A stretch of 58,856 nucleotides of DNA, the filler included, from Sluysia triapertura (Eukaryota): NCBI GenBank assembly GCA_046118255.1. It is 5 parts of 5 records of this genome, joined end to end, with 100 filler letters (N's around TTAATTAATTAA, not from the genome) between each part and the next. Parts side by side here need not be neighbours in the genome. Positions count along the whole stretch, not along the records: positions 11,194 to 22,476 come from JBJNIA010186392.1; positions 22,577 to 33,683 come from JBJNIA010188798.1; 3 more parts are not named here. One strand, given 5' to 3'. Position 1 is the stretch's first letter; each line of letters starts with the position of its first letter. The notes beneath the pieces are model-generated. The model saw only the letters and a list, made by a program, of their open reading frames with translations. It did no database searches and was not told the origin of the DNA. The position numbers were made by a program, and so were the translations under genes. Positions 13,935-24,499 of this stretch are shown here, in pieces.

Positions 13935-14628
13935 TAATGTGAAAGATAAGTGAATTAGAGATAAAACAAGTAAATTTAACAAATTTGGATAGAGCTGCCA
14001 AAAGATTGTGATGATCGAGATCCCATTCGCATCTAGATACAAATGTAGTTCTAATGTCCTTTTCTATTGATATTAGTGATAGTGTGGAAGGCATAATAGA
14101 ATAATAATAAAAGTATGATATATATCACAGAAATGATGAAAAAACAAGTTATAATCCGGCTAAAAGACTCAAGATTTAGTAGAAACAGAAGATGTCAAGT
14201 TAGACGCTAAAAAGATGAAGACATTCAATAATTTAATATATACATACTAAACGATCAAAGAATTATTTTTTTATTTTAGTCATTAACAATTAGTACGGAT
14301 GACGTATGAAATATTACTTAATGAAAAACTGCACAAATTCCACAGGAACACAACTGAAATTTTATAATTGAGAATATACGTATACATTATTATTTGTAAA
14401 TAAATAATTGGTGTGGTGCATTTACAACAATTTAATCCATGTTACCTTATTAATTTAAGAAGTTAAAATTAGAAGATAAACTCTTTTCCAAATAATAATT
14501 AAAGTGAAATCCATGCAAAAGATGGAGTACGTTTACATTTTTTAACAAAATTTTGATAAACTAGAGATCAATATCCTATTAAAATATATAATTAAATATC
14601 AATGATATTATTGTTAGACTTCATAAAA

Positions 14629-14700
14629 TGGACTAACTGGGGATCGAACCCGGGACCTCTCGCTCCACAGTTCGATGCTCTAACGCTGAGATATCAGCCC
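14629..14700 (-). pseudogene. Degenerate tRNA-His(GTG)-like sequence (pseudo-tRNA or SINE head)
   Basis: GGGCTGA TA TCTC AGCGTTA GAGC A TCGAA CTGTGGA GCGAG AGGTC CCGGG TTCGATC CCCAG TTAGTCC A. The 7-bp acceptor stem pairs and A/B boxes are recognisable, but the anticodon stem is broken and the D and T stems each have a mismatch. Confidence 0.65.
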
Positions 14701-15049
14701 CGTCGAACAATTTTTAGATTCGAATAGTCAACCAAGTGCACCTTAGGCCTATATCCCAACGTTATTGTTAGTTGTAATTTCTTCGAATAAGCATAATGAA
14801 GTTATAATTTTAATGGATTATTTATTTCTGGTATTGAACAATTGAAACGAAAAATATCAAACACATGCATACAATCAAAACAGATTAAATATAAAAAAGA
14901 ATTAACAAAATTAAGTAAAAACACAAAAAATAATGTTTTATGATGATTACTGTGGTCTCTGAAAAGGTACAATAGATGTAAAGTCGTCTTCTGATTTATC
15001 GTATTGATCTATCTCTTTTTTTGAATTAATGATTCATTGGCTGCCTTCA

Positions 15050-15713
15050 TCATATCTTTTTAATATCTTTGAATTGCTTAAAGGATTCATCAATCTTCGT
15101 AATTATTGTATTTTCGAATTCTTTATGATAATTTTCCATTTTCCTTAGATGAATCACTTGCTGTTGAAGTGAGTGCGTTTTGCAATCTAATTTCAGTGTA
15201 ATTTCTTCGCGTTTTTTGGAATTAATTGGATAAAAACGAAGCAAAATTAAAGAAATGAAAGCACACAAAAGGCCACTAACACAGGTATACCATCGCAAGA
15301 ACAAATTTACTGATTTACCTGATCACAGTTCTTGTCATCATATCCAGAATAATGTAACGCATCAGCATTAATACCAAGTGCTACACCCAATATAAATTTA
15401 TTGAAAATACATAAATAGAGTAGAAAAGTAATTCAAAACGTAAACCACCATCGGCATAAAATATATCAATTACGTCTGGTAACACAGACCAAGGTAACAA
15501 GGAGCATAACATTACATAATATTGCCTTGTGATATAATGGGATGGACACAAGCAGTGGCACGCTAGATAAAATACCAATAAAATAAGTTTTTCGTTTCCC
15601 ATTGTTTTTGATGGAGAAATGACCGATTGAAACCAGCACCATACTGACACAATGGTAAAAGAATACTTCTTGTAACTTCACCAGGCAGTTTTAAAGAATG
15701 TGTGTAATATGTA
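15050..15713 (-). pseudogene. MFSD2: MFSD2-like (GPH/MFS lysolipid symporter family) pseudogene, C-terminal part, about 4 frameshifts, no evident introns
   Basis: Stitched frames: YYTHSLKL.. / GKRKTYFIGILSSVPLLV / LLPWSVLPDVIDIF..ELLFYSIYVF / NKFILGVALGINADALHYSGY / FYPINSKKREEI. These parallel MFSD2A LLPWSMLPDVIDDF, FFSFYVFFTKFASGVSLG and YPIDEERR. Confidence 0.75.
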
Positions 15714-16860
15714 TGTAATGGCCAACATCCATAATTCTAAATTTTCCAAAAAATCTCACAATTTTCAAATGTCAACCATACTTAACATTTTCAAATTACA
15801 ACTAGTTCATAAAAAACATAACACCTAAATCAATCACATTCCATACTATCGAATTACATTAAGTGATTAATCATAAACAATATTTGACACTCATAATACT
15901 CCAACAACATATACTTCTCAAACAATTCGTCTAATACTCTCAATCATTTACACTATACTTTGATGATTAATACCGAATAATCCAAAAAAATTACTCAATA
16001 GTCATTATCCCAAACCAAATTACAATCATAATGCATAAATCACAAATACATTAACACCACTCAGCAACACTATCAAACACCTAAAACATAGAAAACATTT
16101 ATGTTACAACTTCGAATCAATTATACTAATTCAAACCCACTTCATCTACACATAACCATTATTAACATTCTACAACAACATTGTAAATACGTTAAGATTT
16201 ATTTTGTAATTGTCTTTTAAATCAAATAAACTATAACATATTAACAAGCCTTTTAAACCATTACATTAAATGCATAAATCGTATTTTTAAGTATAAAACT
16301 TAAATAAATCTCAAGAATTTATTCCAACATCCTTCATTTCACTTACATCTCAAATCATTCCTTTTATCTTCAAAAATAAATTTAAAACAGCTTTAAAGAA
16401 TTCATTTCTCTATGATGAAGCAACAACCATAACTGAAGCATAGTTGCTCCTTCACATAACATCAATAGTTTTTGTTTCTCAAATTTTATAATTATATGTA
16501 AGAAATTAAGATCTAGAAAGAAAAGATCATGTATTTCTGATTTACAAAGACAAGATTTATGCATTTTATTTTCAATAATAATAATAATATTATTATTAGT
16601 GTTATTTTTATTATGATCATTTCATTAAAATAATTAAAATTTAATTAAATGACGATCAACCTGGTTGCTACCATCACATTTTTCATTACAGTGCCAACAC
16701 TGATGATGGTCAATCATAAGTTTTGTCGTTCTTTCTTTCTCGTCATCAATTTTTATACGCCACCCAATCAGAGTTCATACTATCAAATATACTTTCTAGG
16801 ACTCTGATTAGGTAAACAAAATAACAGAACAGACAAATATTAAAAACATCACAATTATTA
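15714..16860 (+). mobile_element. LTR-like modular repeat: TGTAATGGCCAAC start, AC-skewed tract, hairpins
   Basis: Homologous to 57242-58560 at the start, at the internal TTCGAATCAATTA...TTCATCTA block, at CTGATGATGGYCAATCAT and at the CCAATCAG inverted pair. Confidence 0.7.
16762..16813. promoter_or_regulatory. Inverted CCAATCAG pair (hairpin or NF-Y-like double box) upstream of an orphan ORF
   Basis: ACCCAATCAGAGT / ACTCTGATTAGGT, 12 of 13 complementary. Confidence 0.45.
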
Positions 16861-16945
16861 TAACCAAAAACTTTTATGCGTTATTTTCTGTAAAGTTGAA
16901 AAATTTACCCAAATATTTTTATTCTCACTTAATGAACAATAAATC

Positions 16946-18345
16946 GTGATCATGCAGTCGATAAAGAATATAATGCTATCTAAACCGAATGAGTTTGATG
17001 AAAATTATCAAGATAAAAAGCGAAATGTTTCAAATGTTTACATTGTAATATCTTTTTGTAATCACAAGAAAGTTAACATTCGAACAGCTACTCCTTTTGA
17101 TGTTTTCAAACATAATCAAGATAGTTTTTGCAGTACTCTACAGAGTCAGAATAGTTATAATGAGGATTCACATGTTCCAGATGAAGATGAAACTGAAAGT
17201 CATAGTCAAACACCGATAACGAATAATAGTGGAAATAATAGATTTCATATATCAATTCTAAAAGATCGTATTGATTCACTTAATAGTCAAAATCTAACAA
17301 AATTAACCCGTTTGATTGTCACATCTATGATATTATCTTCTAAGAATTCGATACCATCATTTGAACCGCAGCCCAAAAGATTAATGAATTAACAAGTTCA
17401 ACAAAAAGCTGATCGGATTTCCCAAATCTTGAATGAACAATTAGTTAGTGAAAAACTATTCGAAGACGAATTAGATAGCTATGACAACAAAGATTTCGAC
17501 AGAAGTCCATGGGTTATGCATAATCGATATGATATGTTAAAGAATTATAAAATTAAGCTATATCATCACTGTCAACTAATACAACCGAAGGCAATTACCA
17601 TGATGCAAAAGAACACAACCGATTTGGCTTTAAACGGTGTAATGCCTTGCCTTAAATTAGTATTAGAAAATCATGCTATAAACGGTGTTAAAATTTATCT
17701 CCTTAAGTCTATTATAAATGAAATTTGGTATAGAACTAACCGTCATTCAGAAACATGTTTCAAATCAATGATAAAAATAGTCCTTCCAAAATATTTTATT
17801 ACGCTGCAAATCTACAGGATCAATTTATTACTATCAGGCCACAATTAACGGTGTCATTAACAGTCAACGAAGACATCAAATCAATCCTAAGCACAATGAA
17901 TCCATGCGAATTCATGAACAAGTCTTTTTTAGGTAAGATATCATGTGTAAGCTCTGATTCTATATCTTTATTGATTTATATTTTAGATGATAAACTCAAA
18001 AATTGGATCAGTGGAGAACAAGATGTGGTGACATACAAGTGCCAAGTAAAAGAAGAACTTTTCATAAAACTTCAAAGTGTTATATTAAATAATAAATTTA
18101 CTTCATTTAAAATTTTTGTATTTAATCTAAAAACCAGAATTCAAGATTCAAATTTATTGATTCGAATGGAGAAAATTTTATGTTCTTATATAGATTATAC
18201 TAAAAAAATAAATTCAAAACATAAGTTATTGACATTCGATAGCTTCAATGATAAATTTAAACTTAGATGTAAACTTATGGAAATAGTAGTAGATGTGAAT
18301 TATTATTATTATCTAATTATATCTTCTATCAGACACTTCTACTAA
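16946..18345 (+). pseudogene. Long orphan reading frame (~460 codons) with one in-frame TAA and one frameshift
   Basis: Track ORFs 16946 and 17429 are in the same frame (483 nt apart) and separated only by TAA 17390-17392. ORF 17755 overlaps in another frame. No family recognised. Confidence 0.5.
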
Positions 18346-18699
18346 ACATTATTGTAACCATCCTTGACTTAAATATCACTTCGAAACCTCAAAATCTTGA
18401 ACCAATCATAAACTTCTTACCAAACATAAATCGTTTTTGTTTCTGCAATAATACAAATTATTTAATAAATTACACAACACTTCAAACTGATAGGACCAAC
18501 AACATTGTATAAATTATTCAAGATTAATTCATTAAAAACGTTATTAGTTCAAAATTCTAAACTCCTCAAATCAACATTTCAACATAAAATCATAACAACT
18601 CCAAAATTGCTGTAGATTCATATCGAGATTATCTCACATTATAGCTCTTTCATCGGACAAGAAAATGAGATCAAACATATTTGACATCATTTTATCATG

Positions 18700-18925
18700 C
18701 AAAATAAGCGATTATGAACATGAAAAGTTTAGGCTTTCCGTTGTCACAAGTACCTTTTATTCTGACTGCTGACATATCCAATACATCAATTGGCGCGGTG
18801 CTTTCTGATACAAGAAATTAATGCAAGACCACTGGAATTTATTTCACAGGCAATATATTTTCTATTCGATTGTGAGTTATTGGCAATCTATTTATCAGTA
18901 ATACATTTTGAATCCTTACTGATCC
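18700..18925 (+). mobile_element. Ty3/Gypsy RNase H relic
   Basis: PFILTADISNTSIGAVL and RPLEFIS..FDCELLAIYLSVIHF match the Gypsy RH consensus. Confidence 0.7.
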
Positions 18926-19889
18926 CGGAATCAACAAAAATGTTACCGTTGAATACCTACAAGTATCGCAAGTATACGATGTTTTTGAAAGTCATTCATA
19001 TCAAACTATAAGTATACTCAACACTTGAGAATCAATACTCAATACATAAAATATTGCAAAACCTATAGCAAGCCAATTTCGTTGCAAGCCTTCGACTATA
19101 GGCGAACCCATAACATAAATAAATTTATGCAATATAGATTATTATGTGGAACCAATTCAAATGTTATTGAACGGTTGGCGCACAACGCATTAAACGAAAG
19201 ATTCCTCTAGAAAAATAAATTTACTATTCCATTAATTTTATTCTCAATTTAAGTTAATAAATTCTGTTAGTGATACATTAACAACATAAAAATTATATTA
19301 AATTTTAATTTAATGTTGAGAAGACCAGGGGATTGTTTACCACGAATCCAATTATCTTTAGATAATTAACAAGATAATGAAATTGGATGGATACAGGCGG
19401 AAATTAATGTAATAAGTAAAATTGGCCCGCTTACCACCATCTTGTCAAATTTCCCAAATAATTGTAAAAACTGCTATGCAAGTAGTCATAATTTTGCAGA
19501 AAAATTAGAAACAAAATAACAACAGTAAAATAAAGAAAACAAAAACTTTTCAGCTTTAGGTACGCTGCTTCACTTCACCTGTGAAACACAGTAAAATTGA
19601 GGCTTATTATTTAGAAATCAACTAAAATAAACACTTAAAGGGATATAACGAGATCATTTATTTTATTTGAGTTGTCAACCTTGATAATGATTTATTTATA
19701 ATTTTAAAGCTAATAGTATAGTTATGTATTGAAAGCATTTTGTTAAAGAAACTTTATTAGTTTTACACATATACAATATAAAAGAATTTTCATTACATAA
19801 TTATGATATTTTAAAAAATATATCGATATTTCAAATTTGTTTAATTACTGGGCTACAGTTTATAATTTAAAGTAAAACTATGACACAAC

Positions 19890-20025
19890 AGAATGAAAAA
19901 GCATTGGAAGCTTAATTGATGTGCTTTCTCATAGTGATGAGAAATGGATCCAATGACAATCAAAATTGTTCAGCACAGTGGTTGGATAAAGGTAAATCGC
20001 CGAAACAATACTAACCAAAAGCTGG
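19890..20025 (+). mobile_element. mariner transposase catalytic-domain relic
   Basis: SDEKWI..DNQNCSAQWLDKGKSPK resembles mariner GDEKWILYDN..RSAQWLD. Confidence 0.6.
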
Positions 20026-20302
20026 TAGCGAGTACTTGATAGTCATTACTTCATAAAACCTTGGTCATCGATTACAACAGGACGAAATGATTCAAACGGC
20101 CTAGTTATCAACCAACTTTGTCTTTTTTCTACAAATTTCAACCTTAACTAATTGATAAATAACGTAACTTTTTGGGAATAAAAAATAGGCTAAATAGCAA
20201 TTTAAATAACAGTAGAAATTTACTTTTAAAGGATATTCAAATATAAAATATATATATGCAAAATTTAAATCAGTACTTATTTTGAAAATATCAAACTGAG
20301 TT

Positions 20303-21187
20303 TTATGTACCTTGGAAATTTGGTTTTCTTTTATCTTTGAATGCTAAAAGGCCTTCATATCGATCTTTTGTTTTAATAATTTTTTGATAGCATTCACCCT
20401 CTGTATTAAGAGAATCACTATTAACTACTGGTCCACAAACCATACCCTTTTCAATTGCTTTTTTAGCACAACGAATAGCCACAGGACCTGTTAATGACGA
20501 TATTTCATTACTAACATCTAAAGCTTTTGCCAAAGCAGCTAAACCAGTTTCATTTTGTTTAATAACTTCATTAATTAATCCAATTCGCATAGCTTCATTT
20601 CCATCAATTGTGATACCCCTAAAAATTAATTCTTTAGCCTTATTAATTCCAACAATCCTAGGTAATCGCTGTGTTCCACCAGCACCAGGTATTATTGCGA
20701 GTCTGGTTTCAACTAAGCCCATTTTACTGTTTTCTGATGCATATCTTAAATCACAAGATAAGGCTAATTCCAATCCACCTCCAAGTGCTGCACCATCAAT
20801 TGCACATATTGTTGGAATTTCTAAATTTGCTATATCTTGGAATAAATCACGAGCCACTTTCACTAAAGGACCAACTTCTTCATCATTAATATGCAAACGT
20901 TCCTTCAAATCAGCTCCTGCGCAAAAGACATTTGGAACTAGGCTGCCAATTATTAGGCATCTGCATTCTTTGTTATTTTGGACTTCTTGCAGAGCAATCT
21001 TGAATTCAGAAACTAATTTTTTCCCTAAAGCATTTTTCGCTTTAGGCCTATTTAAACCTAAAAAGGCGAATTTATTAGAATGACTTTGATCTAAAACGAC
21101 TTCTGAAGTAACATCTTTAAATTTTGATAAATATCCTGAAAAAGAATACATTCTTTTGGATAAAAAATATTTTGGTATAAGATTCAT
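20303..21187 (-). CDS. AUH: Methylglutaconyl-CoA hydratase, mitochondrial (AUH; crotonase family), single exon, 294 aa from first ATG
   Basis: LNRPKAKNALG, FCAGADLKER, AIDGAALGGGLELALSCDLR, MGLVETRLAIIPGAGGTQRLPR, TKDRYEGLLAFKDKRKPNFQG. Both catalytic Glu are retained and the N-terminus resembles a mitochondrial presequence. The track start at 21205 is a GTG. Confidence 0.93.
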   Translation of the reverse strand: MNLIPKYFLSKRMYSFSGYLSKFKDVTSEVVLDQSHSNKFAFLGLNRPKAKNALGKKLVSEFKIALQEVQNNKECRCLIIGSLVPNVFCAGADLKERLHINDEEVGPLVKVARDLFQDIANLEIPTICAIDGAALGGGLELALSCDLRYASENSKMGLVETRLAIIPGAGGTQRLPRIVGINKAKELIFRGITIDGNEAMRIGLINEVIKQNETGLAALAKALDVSNEISSLTGPVAIRCAKKAIEKGMVCGPVVNSDSLNTEGECYQKIIKTKDRYEGLLAFKDKRKPNFQGT

Positions 21188-22476
21188 TTTCAAAAATAAC
21201 TTCACAGATTATTAGAAACTTAGTTCAATATAACAAATATTTTACATCTAAATAATAATACAAATAATTTCTAAAAAGTATTGGACTTCAAATCTTTTTG
21301 GATTTTTTTAAACACCCATTTTTGGTAGAAGTGTGTAGAAATAATGCTTCAAATACACTTGAATGGTTGAATACTTCAGCATTTGAATTATAAATTAATT
21401 CATAAAGTATGATTCATTAAACAACATTTTATGCATTTTAAGCACTTTTAGTTCAGTATTTAAAGCTGGAACATTTCACGAATCCGATATCGTAGTTATA
21501 ATTATAATTTGGTTAAGTCATATTTGTTTTTTATTAGATCTACTAAATTAGTAAAATTTTTAAACGTGTTATTTAATTATTTAAAAACGAAATTTCACGT
21601 ATTTAATGCAAACTAAAAATTAAATGCACAACTTCGTTATTAAATGTTATTGTTAGGTTGCTATCACAACCTTTTAAAATTTAAAAAACACACAAAGGAG
21701 TTAATTTTCGAAAAAAGAAAGTCGAAAATACTAGAATGTTTGCTGCTAAGGAGTATATTGTCGCAGTTGAATCATTATTTAGTTAAATAACACGATTTAT
21801 AATTTTAACCATTTGAAAAAGTTATTCTCGGTGATAATCAAGTTTTTTTATTTGGAATTCCATTGAATAATAAGTTATTTTTGTTAAGGCGTTTTAACTT
21901 TCGAAGTTAAAACATTAAAATCCACTAAAAATCTTTTAATGAGGGACAAAATCATTCTTTATAATCCATAAATTATAAAATTTAAAAGCCTAAAAGACTT
22001 TAATTTTAAAATATCAATTGTTATTTTTTACTTGCACCAATTATTTCTTAGTGTTGTGTCTTTAATACTGTCATCTTCCCAAAGTATTAAATTAAATCTC
22101 AGTAATTAAATATATTCAAAATCTCGATATATTCTTTATATTATCACAAGATTATAACTGTCAAGGTATTAATTTTGACTTGTATATGATTTGTATAAAT
22201 TTGTAAATTTTGATCTATTTTGTTGTATCTAATTAAATGATTGTCTATGTTATATTAAAATAATTTAGGAAATATAAATTTTAAATTTTAAATATAAATT
22301 TAAATTTAAATAATAAAATAATAAAATTAAAATAAATTAGAAAATAAATAAAATGTTGGTATTGCCCAACTGAGGATATGGAGATGAATGAAAATATACA
22401 AAATCATAAAATGAGGGAAAAACTGGTACAAGTGATGGATTAAACATTATAAACATTGTTGAAATAAGAATCATGA

Positions 22477-22576
22477 NNNNNNNNNNNNNNNNNNNNNNNN
22501 NNNNNNNNNNNNNNNNNNNNTTAATTAATTAANNNNNNNNNNNNNNNNNNNNNNNNNNNNNNNNNNNNNNNNNNNN
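22477..22576. other. Artificial contig linker
   Basis: N44-TTAATTAATTAA-N44. Confidence 0.95.
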
Positions 22577-23058
22577 CGAGATTATAATGCTTTTGTACTA
22601 ATTTAAATGAGATTATATACAGTTAATATAAATTCAATATTTAGTAGCAAAAAACAATCCATTTTAAATTGAAAATTGTATAAACAATCATTTTAAACTG
22701 AGATTCTATAAAGATTATGAAGTTAAAATAAATAGAAATTAGAAAATTTAAAGTAAATTAAAAATGAATTTAAAAGTGAAGATAAAATTTTGAAATAAAT
22801 TTGAAGTTAAAATGAGGATTAAGTTAAATTATTTTGCTTTTAAATTTGTTCATAGTGCAGTGGATATGTTTTATTTTAAATGTTTTGTCACTTTAACATA
22901 ATTTGTGATTATTAACATATTCACCATCTGTGCATTATGTACGATTATTAAACTCTAAATTTCTAAACAAACATTGAATATGTTGTAATTTTTGTATTTA
23001 ATGAAAACAATGTACGAATTTAATGTACTTTTCATAAAGTTAGTTTATATTAAAATAG

Positions 23059-23245
23059 GGTTCTATACGTTCCATTGAAGGTTATTTTCCACATAATTAT
23101 GGCTTAGGAATTCTTAGTTTTGATAATAGAGATAATGCTCGAAAGTTTTTTGAAGCTCGTACAGAAGTTCGTGAACAATTTTGGTTGGGAGGTAATGTTG
23201 AAGTATATGAAGTTCCCTTATGTACACCATGTAAAAGTCCAAATA
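23059..23245 (+). CDS. DUF1330-like protein, exon with the second half of a first domain (absent from the ORF track in this frame)
   Basis: AATAG acceptor and GTTAGT donor. GSIRSIEGYFPHNYGLGILSFDNRDNARKFFEARTEVREQFWLGG fits the DUF1330 'LEG..P....iieF.s.e.A..f' pattern. Phase 1 matches the next exon. Confidence 0.65.
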
Positions 23246-23312
23246 GTTAGTGAACTTGAATTTAGACAAATCAAAATAAATTTTTTATTATTAAATGTGT
23301 TTATTTTTTTAG

Positions 23313-23528
23313 ATTTTTCATTAATTCAAATCGATATGTATGATATTAAAAATTGTCGTAATTTTGTTGGTTATGTGCACGACTTATTTCCGATTGTCTT
23401 CAAATATGCCGGATTGATTATTGCTGGTTCTAGTGATATTACAATTCACAGAGGTATACGAAGTCCAAGATATATTTTGGTAATTCAGTGGTCAACACCA
23501 GAAAGTTTTCATAATTTTAATTCTGAAG
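23313..23528 (+). CDS. DUF1330-like protein, exon with a second domain
   Basis: After a 67-nt GT-AG intron: FSLIQIDMYDIKNCRNFVGYVHDLFPIVFKYAGLIIAG...RGIRSPRYILVIQWSTPESFHNFNSE. Ends at G|GTAATT. Confidence 0.7.
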
Positions 23529-24499
23529 GTAATTTAATAAAATTAAACAAGAGTATTTCTAATTAGTGAAATGATATTTTATTAAATTTTACGTAAGAAT
23601 ATTGATATTTCTTAATATTTTATAAGATTAAAATGAATTTCTATTTGAAAAATTTGGATGAGTAACTATGCGCAATGAAATCGAAATAAGACAAATTAGT
23701 CAATTTTAATTGCGTTACACATTGTTGTGACAGTTTATAGAGATTTTTACTGAGTTAGTAATACTAGTTATGTTTTATAATTCTTTGAATATTTTAATTT
23801 AAAATGTACATAAAATGTGGTGCTCAGTATTATAATTAATTTTCAGTAAACTAAGTATTTTTAATGAATTGTCAAAAATAACAAAAATGGTTGAGTAATT
23901 AATTGGTTTAATTCTCACTAAATATAAATCAGAAAGAATAATTTTAATTAAAAAGCACATATACAATATATTAAAAAAGTAGTAAGATCTTCTAACAATC
24001 AGACATAATTTACTGAATTTCGATGTCAGATTTAAAAAAAACAATATTTAAATCATCAAAGAATATTGCATTCTAATATATCTGGTTGAGTTATAACAAC
24101 CTCTTGAATTAAGAAGATTTCATGGAATTTTTTCTAAATTATAGGAATGTTTAAATTTACCCTTATAGAAAACTTGAATTTCTTCTATGGTAGTTCTACA
24201 CAAATGAAAAATATTAATTATAAATTTAAAGTGAAATTTATATAAACAAGGATATGTTTTTGTATAATGCTTATGTATATAGCGTTAGCAAATGGAACAT
24301 CGAATGAAATACATTGCTAAAATTAATCATAAATAAAATAAAATAAAAGATAATATTTTAAAATTAATTAAATGGTTAGTTTAAATACTATATTTATGAT
24401 CCTAATTATGTACATAGCTAAGCTAAGACTACGAAAAGTATGAACAATAATTTTTTAAAGTTAGGTGATCGGTTGGACAGAAAACAACCGTCAACATCG

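Noticed and set aside
13834-14094. Poly-Leu/poly-Tyr ORFs (and poly-Asn at 11142, Ile-rich at 2318 and 58247)
   Set aside because: Translations of AAT microsatellites and low-complexity DNA.
20610-21083. 157-aa and 72-aa plus-strand ORFs overlapping AUH
   Set aside because: Antisense shadows of a real coding sequence, with no independent features.
23120-23312. N-terminal half of the 148-aa track ORF
   Set aside because: Wrong frame plus intron read-through. The real upstream exon is 23059-23245 in another frame.
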